A stretch of 63,984 bases of DNA, filler included, from Saprolegnia diclina VS20 (lineage: Eukaryota): the NCBI RefSeq assembly GCF_000281045.1. It is 5 parts of 3 records of this genome, joined end to end, with 100 filler letters (N's around TTAATTAATTAA, not from the genome) between each part and the next. Parts side by side here need not be neighbours in the genome. Positions count along the whole stretch, not along the records: positions 26,111 to 45,122 come from NW_008246089.1; 4 more parts are not named here. One strand, 5' to 3'. The notes under the pieces were generated by a model. That model did no database searches, was not told where the DNA came from, and saw only the letters and a program-made list of their open reading frames with translations. Both the position numbers and the translations under genes were made by a program. This document shows positions 26,011 through 38,100 of the stretch, piece after piece (position 1 is the stretch's first letter; the number at the start of each line of letters is the position of its first letter).

Positions 26011-26110
26011 NNNNNNNNNNNNNNNNNNNNNNNNNNNNNNNNNNNNNNNNNNNNTTAATTAATTAANNNNNNNNNNNNNNNNNNNNNNNNNNNNNNNNNN
26101 NNNNNNNNNN
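26011..26110. other. Artificial contig junction (N spacer containing TTAATTAATTAA, stops in six frames)
   Basis: Identical 100-nt N44-TTAATTAATTAA-N44 spacer occurs four times in the window. Confidence 0.97.
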
Positions 26111-27322
26111 CGGGTCGGACGGCGTCGAGACGTTGGTCGGGTCCACTTCGTCCATCAAGAGCACGTCGTTAATACGCTTGGCCGAAACAAGCGACTGGAC
26201 CATGGCGGAAATCACCATCGGGAGGTTCACAAGAGCTTCTTGGAGCGACTTGAAGAGCGCGAGCGTGGAAAAGACGATCGTGACCGTCAGTGCTTGCTTC
26301 ATCCAGAGCGTGAACGTCGCGAAGACGACTACGGTGACGAGGATCGGTGTGCAGTTCATGAACGAGATGAGGACAACGACGATGCGCATGAGCTTTTTGG
26401 TCGATTCAAACTCGATGACGCGGAGGTTGCGGATCTTGGCCTGGAACTTTTCTTCCCACGCGTTGAACTTGATGATCTGGATCGCGCCAAAGACCTCGTT
26501 GATGACCTTCATGCGGTCGTCCTTGAGCTTGAAGCAACGTTCTTGCTCGGTACCCAAAAGACCCGCGACGACGCCGTTGATGACCAGGATGAGGACGACG
26601 GCGCCGAGGCCGACAAAGATGGCCCAGCCCACGATCGTGTAGAGGAGATGAAGTACAATTCCGATTTGAAGCGGTACGATCCACATCGAGTGGATGCTTG
26701 TCGCAAAGCTCATGACGTTGATGGTGTCAATCGAGAAGAGGTTGGCAATGTCACCGGCGGTCTTCTCTTTCTTGGAGGACGCGTCCAAGCGCAGAGCCTT
26801 CTTGAAGAGCATCGAGCGCAGCACCGATGAGAACTGGATGCCAATGACGTCGTTGAGGTACGTTAAATGGCCCTTGATGAACGCGGCCGTCACTTGCACA
26901 AGGTAGAGCGACCCGATGAGCTGGAGCACGTACGTCGTGTCAAGAATGGGCGCCTCGACAGCGCGAATGATCTCGCCAAGGACGTAGCCAGGACCGTACA
27001 AGTCGGCGAGCACGGTGAAAAGCTCCATGAAGCCGATGCAGGCGAAGCGGCCCCAGTAGATCGCGAAGAAAGACGAGAGAAGGCCCTTGTTCTTGCGCGC
27101 GTAGACGTTTTCAAAATGCGCCGTGAGTGGGTCGACCTTGTTGGCGTTCTGAAGCTGCCAGAGGTCGCTGGATGCAAGCTGCCGCACATTCCCGAGCCGA
27201 AGCAGCGGCTTGGTCCAGGCGAACGCCAGGCGCGAGACGATGTTGGCGTCGTCTTGGGGGTGGACACGAGGCGCCGGCTCAAAGGTCTTGTACTCGGCAG
27301 CCGTCTTGTTGCTTTGAAGCAT
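26111..27322 (-). CDS. ABCC/MRP-type ABC transporter, 5' part (TMD1), truncated by contig end
   Basis: [57 protein letters not shown]. Confidence 0.9.
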
Positions 27323-28300
27323 GGCTGGCAAATTCAACAATGACGACCTCGAGCAATACTGTTCCTGGGTGCAAACGCAACCTTGGGTGCAGGGTTGTGC
27401 AACGTGGTTATCCTCAGTTCCCCCAAGGTCATCTGGTGAGCCGGGCATTTTACCGGTATTTTGAGATGCACATCATTCTTAAAATGGGAACGTTGGTCGT
27501 GTGTCCCCTCGCTGGTTCGAGTCCGCCGCACACACTCCAATATCGTAGTGAGCTTATAGTACGCTGATGCACAATAAACTTTCGTGATCATTCGAATGGC
27601 GAGGAACGTACAACATTCTAGAAAGCGACACTGGACAAGCTCGCACGTCCGTTGGACAGCGCGAAATGTCAGATTGGAGCTGAAGGCGTAGGGTTTCGAG
27701 CTTTTCTCAATACAAAAGTCTGCTTGTCCGAGTGTTGAAGACGTTAGCTTGCCAAGTTATGAGCTGTTTTCGACAGGATCAAATCCAAGCAATGCTTTCG
27801 GTGCGTGCGATAGCTCTTGAAAGGCTGTGGTGCCGAGGCTGAACAAATGTCCCTGTCGCTGCTCTCTATTCGCATGCACAAGATGAAATGGTTGTCGTAT
27901 GCGCAGAAGTACCTTCTTGATGCCCTGCAATCATCGCATTCGAAGGTAAAAATGACGCGTATTTTCCCGTTAATTGTCATCCGGATGCGCGAATATGACG
28001 TGGATCAACACACGTCTGTCTGTGGGGATGCGTCGCTTCGAACCTGTCCAAATTTGCAACCAGCCACTTGGACTATCTCGCAAGGTGGTTGTTGGGTCGT
28101 TCATTCATACTCCCTTGCGTAGTGGTGGAGGCCCAGGTGGAGGCCTGTGTTTTGACGAATGTCAGATTGCGTCAGATCGTCTCTACCAACAGCTGCTGAG
28201 CTCGGCGCAACGAAGCAGTTGTCGGCGCCATGGAAGCCGCGCCATCTTATCCGGACGCGCCGGATAATCTAGAAAGGCAACCTCAGACGTGCGGTGACCG

Positions 28301-29766
28301 ATGCTGGACCTACTCCTGCCGCTGCTGCTGCTGGCCGCCTTGGCCTACGTGGGCTACCTCGTCGTGGGCCAAGCGCCAAAGAAGCTCAAGAAAGACGACT
28401 CTGTTGCCAAGGAGAAGTCCAAGGAGAAGCTCCCTGAGAAAGTGAAGAAGCCGGCGACAAAGCCGCAAGCCAAGGCGCCGACTGTGGCTGCGCCAAGCAC
28501 CAAGCACGCTGATCACCCGCTCCTCGCGCACGTCCTTAAGGGCCACACGGGTCCGATCACAGCGGCGACGTTTAGTCCCAACGGTCGATTCATTGCGACC
28601 GCATCGACCGACCGGTCGGTGCGCTTGACGCTGCGCGAGTCGCTGGGCGCCAAGAACCCAACGTTCAAGACGATCAACCTCCCGTACGACTACTCGACGG
28701 TCTGCAGCTTTAGCTCGGACGGCAAGACGCTCGGGGTTGCGACCGCCGACGGGCAAAACGTCCTTCTCTACAGCAAGTTTAAGACCAAGCCCGAGGTCGT
28801 CGGGTCGTTTCCCGTCGGCCACAACGTGCTCTCGCTGCTGCTCAATGACATTGGCGACGAGTGGATGACGCTGCTGACGGTCGGTCGCGACGACGACACG
28901 GACATCAAGTGCTGGAACACGACCGGCACGCTTCTTCAGACGACCAGCGTCAACCAGATTCAAAACTTCCACGGCGTCCAGTCGCTCGACAACCGGTTCA
29001 TCGCTGTCGCCGCGTACACGCCTGAGGTCAAGGTACACGTCTGCGTCCAGATATCTCCGACATCTGATATCTGATACGGTACTAGATCTACGAGATCCAG
29101 CGCTCCAAGACCGGTGCGTTCGTGAAGCTCCACAAGGCCATGGCCCTCCAAGGCCACACGGTAGCTCCTCATTCGTTCTTGGCTTCGACGACGACGTGTT
29201 GTCCACACGGAATAGAGCGGTGTGACGGACATTGCTTTCGATGGCTCCGACCAAAAGCCCGTGAACCGCATTGTGACGGCGTCTAAGGATGGCACCGTCC
29301 GCGTCTGGGACATCAACGGTACGTCAAAGTAACATACATCGTCGACAGATTGTGCATACTTAGTATGACACGATTCTCCATAGTGCGCTACAAGCTCGAG
29401 GAAGACCCCAAGTGCATCAAGACGTTCCAGGCGCCGAGCGGGCACTACTCGACCGTGGACATTACGCCCAACGGAGAGGTATCGTTCGATGCCTCGTCCT
29501 CCTGAACCTCGTCATCCTATCCATTCTTGTGCTAGTGGATCGCCATGACGCAGGGCAGTTCGCTCTTCTTCCTCGACGTCGCGACCATGACCGTGCGCCA
29601 TGAAGTGCTGCATGCGCAAGACGGTACCGTCCGTACTGCACTACACTCGGTCTCACACGGTATAGACGCGATCTCACGCATTGAATTTGACGCGGCGGGC
29701 GCCGAGCTGCTCGTGCAAGGCACAACGTCCCGCGTTATCAAGGTCTACCGCGTGCCAAAGGCCTAG
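28301..29766 (+). CDS. TBL2: Membrane-anchored WD40 protein, transducin beta-like 2 homolog (multi-exon)
   Basis: N-terminal TM helix, Lys-rich linker, HPLLAHVLKGHTGPIT..FSPNGRFIATASTDRSVR, FIAVAAYTPEVK, IVTASKDGTVRVWDIN, VRYKLEEDPK. Confidence 0.85.
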
Positions 29767-31096
29767 TCTTGGGCGCTGGCCGTCATGGACGCGAGCACGG
29801 GTATTAACTTTTCCTGGAGCCAGTCGATGTGTTGCGTCAAAATCGCCTTGTCCGAGCGGCGGAGAAGCACCACCATACGCGTGTGTGCGTCGGCCTCGGA
29901 CGCCGAGAGCGTCTTCATCAGCATATCGTCTTCTTCGATGCTCGTGGGAAACCGGTCGCGCATCGACTGCAGCGCAAAAATGAGCGCCGTCAGCGTGCTC
30001 TTTTCGTTCTCGTTGCTCAGCGCCTTGTACGCAAAAGTCGAGCCTTCAAACGACGAGAGCTCGTCGACCTCCATGCGCTGGATGCGCAGGTACGCGAGGA
30101 GCTCTTCGTTGACGCCCAGCGTCGTCAAGTCAAACGGGACGCGCGCGTGGTGCCCGAGGCCGTGGGCCGTGATGAAGGCCATCTTGCGGTCGTAATACGG
30201 CGCGTCTTGGCTCATGGGCGCCCAGAGCTCGACAGTGTCGTACGCGTTCTTCTCGAGCACAAAGCCGTAGAGCGTCAAGAGCTTGTGGTTTGGAAGCGCG
30301 CCATAGTTGATAAAGACCTGCCCCCCCGGCGCCCAGTACTGGTGCGACTGCAGCACGAACGAGTTGGTGCGCGGGTCAAAGCCATGCGCCATCTGCGCGC
30401 TCGGGTCGTGGTTGAACATGTCAAAGACCGGCACCATGCACTTGACCATCGAGTCGGTCGACGTGGCCACCGAGACGAACCGACTCCAGATCACCGAGAG
30501 GGCCCACTTGTAGTTCTACCCGCATAAAGACAATGGGCTATCCAGAGGATACAAGCGCAGGAGGGTACCTCGAGCGTAAAGGCCGCGAGGATCGCGTCGG
30601 CGGAATGGTCGGCCGCGAGCGCGCGGAGCGTCTCGGGCAAGATCGTGGTCGTGAGCTCGTCAAAGTCGGCCGCGACCTGCGACTGCAAGTGGCGCGCGAC
30701 GTAGTACACGTTGCTGCCCTCGAGGCGCTCAATGTCGGCGTCCGAGAGGTACAAGATGTTGTGGAAGGTGCGCGGCAATACGGCGATGTGGCGCATCCAC
30801 TTGCTCGCCTTGTTGAGGTGCGTCTCGTAGAGGAGGAACCACGCGAGGCAGTCGTCCTCGCGCTCGTGGAGGTGCGGGATCTCGGCCAGCGGCGAGGCCG
30901 CGATGCTGTACAGATTGAGGAGGCTCTCGAACGGAATCGAGAGGATCGCCGTGTGCGCCTTGATGGCCTCCGAGACAAAGACACCGCGATCGCCGCCCGA
31001 CGACTCCTCGTAGACAAGGTCCGCGTTGAGCGCGACGTCCAGCGCCTCGACCGCCCATGTATTGTAGCCCACGAAGCTTGCGTCGTCGTCCATCAT
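29763..31096 (-). CDS. SET-domain protein methyltransferase (SETD3/Rubisco-LSMT family)
   Basis: GDRGVFV, LAWFLLYE, KWALSVIWSR, MVPVFDMFNH, QVFINYG..PNHKLLTLYGF, FPTSIEED; one intron at about 30516-30568. Confidence 0.9.
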
Positions 31097-31859
31097 CCTC
31101 TGTCGCGAGTCGGATCGGTTGGTCGACGTGCGAATGGCGGTGGCAATTGCAATTCCCACACCACGTGATTTCCCACGACTCGTGAAAAACACTGGTGGAA
31201 AATTCTTGCCGGAAAAGCGCACCCCAAAATAAAATACAGGTGCGCCTTTCAACGGTTAGTCAACTGCTGGGAAGATGTACGATGATCACCAGTTGGTTCG
31301 CCACGCCGAATTGCCTTGGGGAGCAACCAAGACCTCGCGACGTTGGCTACGATCAACACTATGGTATACTTGGTGCCATTAGTGGTAGAATGCAGCTCGT
31401 CCTTCGCAAGGACATCCATGGAAACGAACCATCGGGTGGTGGACATGGTCCCGTGGGCACTTTGCTGGAATGCGCGGTTGGTGTGAGCTGAAATGTAGGT
31501 TCTGGTGCGTGCTACGGTCCCTAGCTGCTGGTTGTACCAAGGAGCCCGGTGGGTACAACAGCGTGGCGATACTACCAAGTGTGGTTGACTAGGAATGGAT
31601 GCCTCCAGGCGATACCACATGATGCCCATCGATCAGCACGGAATGAAGGTAAACCTCTCATATATAATCTTTCCGAAATCACATAGATTTGCATTTCCCG
31701 TGTGCATCGAAATCATTTACTATTTGTAGCAAGATCGGCCAGATTGCCCTTTCTAAGACCTCTAAAAATCGATTGGAGCAGGAAAGGACGTTTGCACTCA
31801 GGAACAAAGCGGGTTCTTGCATCCGCGGCCAGAAGCTCAACGTCACTTTCGCATTTGCC

Positions 31860-34800
31860 ATGCTCAAGAGCGACAAGAGCGTGCCGCAGTACCGGACGTT
31901 TGACGCGCCGGCCAAGGCCGACGCGCCGCACCCGCAAGACACCTCGAACGTCTTTACGTGGCTCTCGTTCGACTGGGTCCAGCCCTTCCTTCGCGTCGGC
32001 AACACGCGCCAATTGGCGCCCGAGGACATGTGGCCGCTCCAAGAGGTCAACCGTGTCGGCCGCCTCGCCGGCGAGTTCAAGGTCGTGTACGAGCACCACA
32101 ACAAGGGCATTCTGACCTCCTTCTTCGCCATCTACTGGGGCCGCTTCATCGTCCTCGGCTTCATGCAGCTCTTCACGGTGCTCGCCGACTTGTACGGCCC
32201 CGGCTACGTTCTCGGCGAGATCATTCGCGCTGTCGAAGCACCCGTTCTTGACACAACCTATGTGCTCCAGCTCATCGGGTCGCTGTACGTCAGCCAGCTC
32301 ATCAATGCCTTTGTCAAGTCGCACATGAACTACATGAACGACGTCATTGGCATCCAGTTCTCGTCGTCGCTTCGGTCCATGCTCTTTGAGAAGGCGCTGC
32401 TTCTCAACGCATCCTCCAAGAAGGAGAAGACCGCCGGTGACATCGCCAACCTCTTCTCGATCGACGTCATCAACGTCATGAGCTTTGCGCTGAGCATCCA
32501 CCAGATCTGGATCGTGCCGTGCCAGGTCGGCTTTGTGCTCTACCTTCTCTACAAGATCATTGGCTGGTCGATCTTTGTCGGTCTCGGCGTCGTCGCCGTC
32601 ATCTTGGTCATTAACGCTGTCCTCGCCATCATGCTCGGCAGCGAGGAAGAGCGCCTCTTCAAGCTCAAGGACGACCGCATGAAGGTCGTCAACGAGGTCT
32701 TTGGCGCAATCCAAATCATCAAGTTCAACGCGTGGGAAGAAAAGTTCCAGGCCAAGATCCGCCAGCTGCGTGCCATCGAGCTCGGCTCCATCGCGCGCTT
32801 CTTCCGCATCGTCATCGTCCTCATCTCGTTCATGAACTGCACCCCCGTGCTCGTCACCGTCGTCGTCTTNNNNNNNNNNNNNNNNNNNNNNNNNNNNNNN
32901 NNNNNNNNNNNNNNNNNNNNNNNNNNNNNNNNNNNNNNNNNNNNNNNNNNNNNNNNNNNNNNNNNNNNNNNNNNNNNNNNNNNNNNNNNNNNNNNNNNNN
33001 NNNNNNNNNNNNNNNNNNNNNNNNNNNNNNNNNNNNNNNNNNNNNNNNNNNNNNNNNNNNNNNNNNNNNNNNNNNNNNNNNNNNNNNNNNNNNNNNNNNN
33101 NNNNNNNNNNNNNNNNNNNNNNNNNNNNNNNNNNNNNNNNNNNNNNNNNNNNNNNNNNNNNNNNNNNNNNNNNNNNNNNNNNNNNNNNNNNNNNNNNNNN
33201 NNNNNNNNNNNNNNNNNNNNNNNNNNNNNNNNNNNNNNNNNNNNNNNNNNNNNNNNNNNNNNNNNNNNNNNNNNNNNNNNNNNNNNNNNNNNNNNNNNNN
33301 NNNNNNNNNNNNNNNNNNNNNNNNNNNNNNNNNNNNNNNNNNNNNNNNNCTCTTTGGCAAGCCGTACGACCGCAGCACGTACCAAAAGGTCCTCGACGCG
33401 TGTGCGCTGCAGAGCGATCTCGCGTCGCTGCCGGCCGGCGACCGCACCGAGATTGGCCAGAAGGGCATCAACCTCAGCGGCGGCCAGAAAGCGCGCATCG
33501 CTTTGGCCCGAGCGTGCTACAGCGACGCCGACATCTTCATTTTGGACTCGCCCTTGTCGGCCGTCGACGCGATCGTGGCCAGCGAGATCTTCACCAAGTG
33601 TTTCCTCGGCCTCTTGGCCAAGAAGACAGTGCTGCTCGTGACGCACAACCCCGAGATCATCGAGTCGGCGGCGGTCGCCCGGACGCTGCTCGTGCAAGAC
33701 GGCCAGCTCATCGAGTCAACGCACGACTCGCCGCGCACGCGTCAAGAAGCAACGTCGGCGGTGACGCCGCTCAAGGCCCGGACGCCGTACTGGGAAGAGT
33801 CGGAGATCATCGAGTACCCGGCACCGGGGCCACGTCACGAGATGCTGGTGACGCCGTCGCTGCGCACGCCGTACAGCTACAACGCGCGCGAGATGCTGTA
33901 CACGCCGCGCGAGCCGGTGGCGGGCGAGTCGTTTGAAGAGTCGGGTCGTCTCATTGCCGACGAAGAGCGGGCTGAAGGGCGTGTCTCCAAGGAGGTCGTG
34001 GTCGCCTACCTTGGCGCCATGGGCGGCTGCTGTACGTTTGTGGTGATTGCGTTCACAACGATCGCGATGCAAGTGCTGAAAGTCGGCAGCGACCTCTGGC
34101 TCACGCGCTGGGCTAACGAGAGCGAAGGCGAAGACGCAGCGACCTTTGCCGCCAGCTCGGAGCTCGGGATGGGTATTTACGCAGGCCTCGCGCTCGGCAG
34201 CTGCGCCATGATCACGCTCCAGACCGCGTCCGTCTTTGTCTACGGCCTTCGCGGCTCTCAAAAGCTCTTTGACGCAATGCTTTCGAGTCTCCTTGAGGCA
34301 CCGATGCGCTTCTTCGACACCAACCCGATCGGGCGGATTCTCAACCGCTTTGGCGACGACGTCGGGTCCTGTGACATGGGCATTCCGTTCTCGCTCGGGC
34401 CGATCTTGTTTGAAGTCTCGTCGGCGATGTTCACGCTCGGGACGACGCTCATCATCACGAAGTGGCTGGGTCTCCTCGTGCTCCCGCTGCTCGTTGTCTA
34501 CTACAAGTACGGCGCATTCTTCCTGGAGCCGCTCCGCGAGGTCAACCGGATTTGGAAGACGACCCGGTCGCCGCTCATTAGCTTGGTCTCCGAGGGCATT
34601 GACGGCTCGACGACGATCCGCGCGTTTGGCGACAAGCAGCTGCGCCGGTTCTACCGCCTCCACCACCGCAAGATTGAGACCTTCTGCGAGTGCCGGTTTG
34701 CGTACAGCTGCATCAACCAGTGGTTCTCAATTCGCATCCAGCTCATCTCCAATACGATCGTGGCGCTCATTCTGCTCTCGATCGTCTTCCTCCACGAGTC

Positions 34801-35764
34801 GCTGAGCCCCGGTATCGTCGGCCTCTTGATCACGTACGGCCTCTCGATTCCCGGCAACCTCGCGTACCTCGTCAACATTTGGTCGCAGCTCGAGACGTCC
34901 ATGATCTCGCCCGAGCGCATCCACGAGTACATCAACATCCCGAAAGAAGGCGACCGCACAACGCATGCGCAGCTCGCACCGCACTGGCCCACGACCGGCG
35001 CCGTCGCCTTTGACAACGTCAGCTTCCGCTACAAGCCCAACGACCCGCTCGTGCTCCAGAACGTCTCGTTCACGGTTGCGGGGGGTGAGAAGATTGGCAT
35101 CGTGGGCCGCACCGGCGCGGGCAAGAGCAGCCTCATGATGGCGCTCTTCCGCATGAACGACGTCGCATCCGGGTCCATCTCGATTGACGGCGTCGACATT
35201 GCCTCTGTGGGTCTCCGCACGCTGCGCAGCCACCTCGCGATCATTCCGCAAAACCCCGTCCTCTTCAAGGGCACGCTGCGCAACTACTTGGATCCGTTCG
35301 ACGAGTACGACGACGCAGCGCTCTGGAATGTCCTCCGGAAGGTGCAGATGGTCGACCGCGTCTCGCAGCACGACGAGAAGCTCCTCGGGCCCGTGGACGA
35401 GAACGGCGAGAACTTTAGCGTCGGCGAGCGCCAAATGCTGTGCATGGCCCGCGCGCTCCTTCGGCAAGCCAAGGTCGTCGTGCTGGACGAAGCGACGGCG
35501 GCCATCGACCACGCGACGGACAAGGTGCTGCAGCGCGTGATCCGCACCGAGTTTGCAACGTCGACGGTGCTCACGATCGCGCACCGCTTGGACACGGTCT
35601 TGGACTGCGACCGGATTCTGGTGTTTGACCAAGGCGCGTTGGCACAGAGCGGGACGCCGCAGGCGCTAGTAGCCGCGGGCGATGGCATCTTTTTCGAGCT
35701 CGTCCACGAAGGCGGGTACATGGACAAGATGACCGTCCACCGCACCGACGAAGACGAAGCGTGA
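31860..35764 (+). CDS. Full-length ABCC/MRP-type ABC transporter (internal N gap 32870-33349)
   Basis: TMD1; NBD1 ([22 protein letters not shown]); TMD2 ([14 protein letters not shown]); NBD2 ([36 protein letters not shown]). Confidence 0.95.
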
Positions 35765-36401
35765 GCAGTTTACGAAGTAGCTCTTTAAACACCGAACGCA
35801 GGTTGTTGCATGTTGCTTTCGTCTCGGTTATTAGTCTTACCCATGAGTCTTACCAGCCATACATCAAGTAAGGACTACCTGCGGTCGAAGGTTCTCGAAT
35901 GGAGCGCCAGTCTGCGTCGCGTGCAGCGACGTATATGACCCAGGTTCGGCACCTACACTCCTTTTTTGACGAGCTGACTTGCTCGCAACTGCCACCCTGT
36001 TCTCTGCCACACTGGCGTGTCGAGCCAACACCCTGGTCGTCACGCAGGCCAGTAGCCTGCGTCATCAGCCATCACGCAGCCGCCACGCAGTAAACCTTCC
36101 GCCGCCGCAGCGGAGCACCAGCACACGGCCCCCGACGGGCTCTCGCCCACACGGCTAAAGTTTCGTTGTGCCAACCACAGTGGTGAAGTCGAATCGAGCT
36201 CAACGACCCAAAGGTGGTGCGAACCAGTAAGGTTGGACCTTCGGATAAGAAGATGCTCGAACCTTCCGGACCCGAAAAAAAACGCGCCAATCGCAAGAAA
36301 GTGCACCCGTCGAACGGACGTTGCAGCGCGAGCAGCTGGCGTGCGTCGAGCCATCAACACCCGCCGACGTCATTTCCCAACTCGCCGTTTTCCGCCCTCG
36401 T

Positions 36402-37155
36402 AATGGACATGAATGCCAACGGAGCCTTCCACCTGCCCCGCCCGATGCCGGCAGCGCGTCTCTCGTTGTCCAGTCCCGCGCTTGTCTTTGTGCACTTTCG
36501 CGAGCCATCGAGCCATGAAGAGCTGCTCAACTCGATGCTCCAGCACGCGCTCTCGTCGGTCCTCGGCGGCTCGGAGCTCGGGCTCTCGAGTCTCCTCGAC
36601 GATCTCTTTATCAATGCGACGATGCAGACGCCGCAGCCAGGCCCACCCAAAACAAGCAAGCGCTTCTTGAGCGACCTCAAGGAGCAGTGGTGGTCGGCGG
36701 TCGAAGCGTCGGGTACCGCGACAAACACCGACTGCCCCATTTGCCTCTCAGACTTCAAGGCCGCCGACTGCGTCGTGCAGCTGCCATGTCGCCATACCTT
36801 TCACACGCCGTGCGGCCTCCCGTGGCTTCAAGAACACAACGTGTGCCCGACGTGTCGCTTTGCACTGCCGACGGAAGCCGACGACGCCAAGGCGTCCAAA
36901 GACGACACTTCCGACGACGTACCAACCCTAAATGCGACGCTACCGGGTGCTGTCATGGACAATGATGGCGATGACGATGCTGCGTTGGAGGCAGCGGCCG
37001 ATGCGCTCGTGCACGAGCGTCAAGACGACGTTATGGCCGACGAAGTCCTTGATGAGATCATGGACGCCGAGGCGGCCGAGGTTGTCGAGGAGCGCCGGCT
37101 GTCGACGATGGATGCATTGCTTGAGGACGTCCTCTTACACGACACTGTCGAGTAA
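36402..37155 (+). CDS. RING-H2 E3 ubiquitin ligase (start could be 36253)
   Basis: CPICLSDF..LPCRHTFHTPCGLPWLQEHNVCPTCR preceded by a GPPKTS motif; acidic tail. Confidence 0.88.
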
Positions 37156-37418
37156 GCGCGACCTCCTATTTAAAGCATGCTAGTCTATTAGTCTATTCTC
37201 TTGCCCGTGTCCCACTGTTGCGGGTCTTGCATTGCAGCACATTATTGTCGTCGTTGTCGTAGACAACTTTGTTATTCGTTAATTGTCAATAGAGTTGTCG
37301 TTTCGAGCTCATCTATGCTATATGCGTGACATCCGCGTGCCACGTCATTCGTTAAATTTGGGCACGACGGTTTCCGGACGTCATCCGGATATCGCATTTT
37401 TGTTTTCGCGTTGACGCG

Positions 37419-38049
37419 ATGCCCCGCTTCTATGGCCGAGGACAATGGGACCCGAAGCTCATCGGGCTGCAGATCGTGTGCATGCAGGTACGAGGAGCGT
37501 GGCCGACGGACGCCCATGAGACGCTTGCCCTAGTGCGCCCATTACATTGGCCTCGGCGTCCTTCTCGGGCTCTGCCATGGGGCCCACCTCTCGCTCGACC
37601 AGTTCTTCTCGTACGACCTCCACGCGCTCGAGAGCATCGATGGCGTCAAGACGTCGTTCGCGCACATTACGAGCGGCCTCGTGAACGCCGTCTTGCTCTG
37701 CTACTTTGTCGAGCGGGCGAAGAAGTGCTTGGACTTTGGCGTCACGCTGCACGTGCTCGACCTCCTCGTGTGCTGTGTCTACAAGGTGGGACGCGCCCGC
37801 CTTATCTTGTCGAACGCATGCGCCTCATAGGGGTTTCCGTCGACATGGAGCTGGTGGATCGTCCATGGTGTCGCGCTCGCCATCACTGTCATCCTCGGTA
37901 CGTCACCAATATGCGTCTCGTCCGTCAAGCCTGGCCTGCTAGGCGAATACCTCTGCTCGCGACGGGAGCTGGAAGAAATCCCGATGCTCGACCTCTTTAC
38001 GCGCCGTGGTGCTCCGTCGCCACGCAAAAAGTCGACTCAAATGGAGTAA
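37419..38049 (+). CDS. SYS1: SYS1 Golgi integral membrane protein (4 exons)
   Basis: WDPKLIGLQIVCMQ, VERAKKCLDFGVTLH, TWSWWI, GEYLCSRRELEEIP. Confidence 0.9.
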
Positions 38050-38100
38050 ACGACAGTCTGACTTGTGAAAACAAGAGGAAAATACACTTAAAAATTAGCT

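Noticed and set aside
26055..26066. TTAATTAATTAA palindromes (also 45167, 59868, 61994) as biological sites such as piggyBac TTAA or PacI
   Set aside because: Always centred in identical N spacers; an assembly linker.
27505..27540. GGTTCGAGTCC B-box-like motif as a tRNA
   Set aside because: No convincing T stem or cloverleaf.
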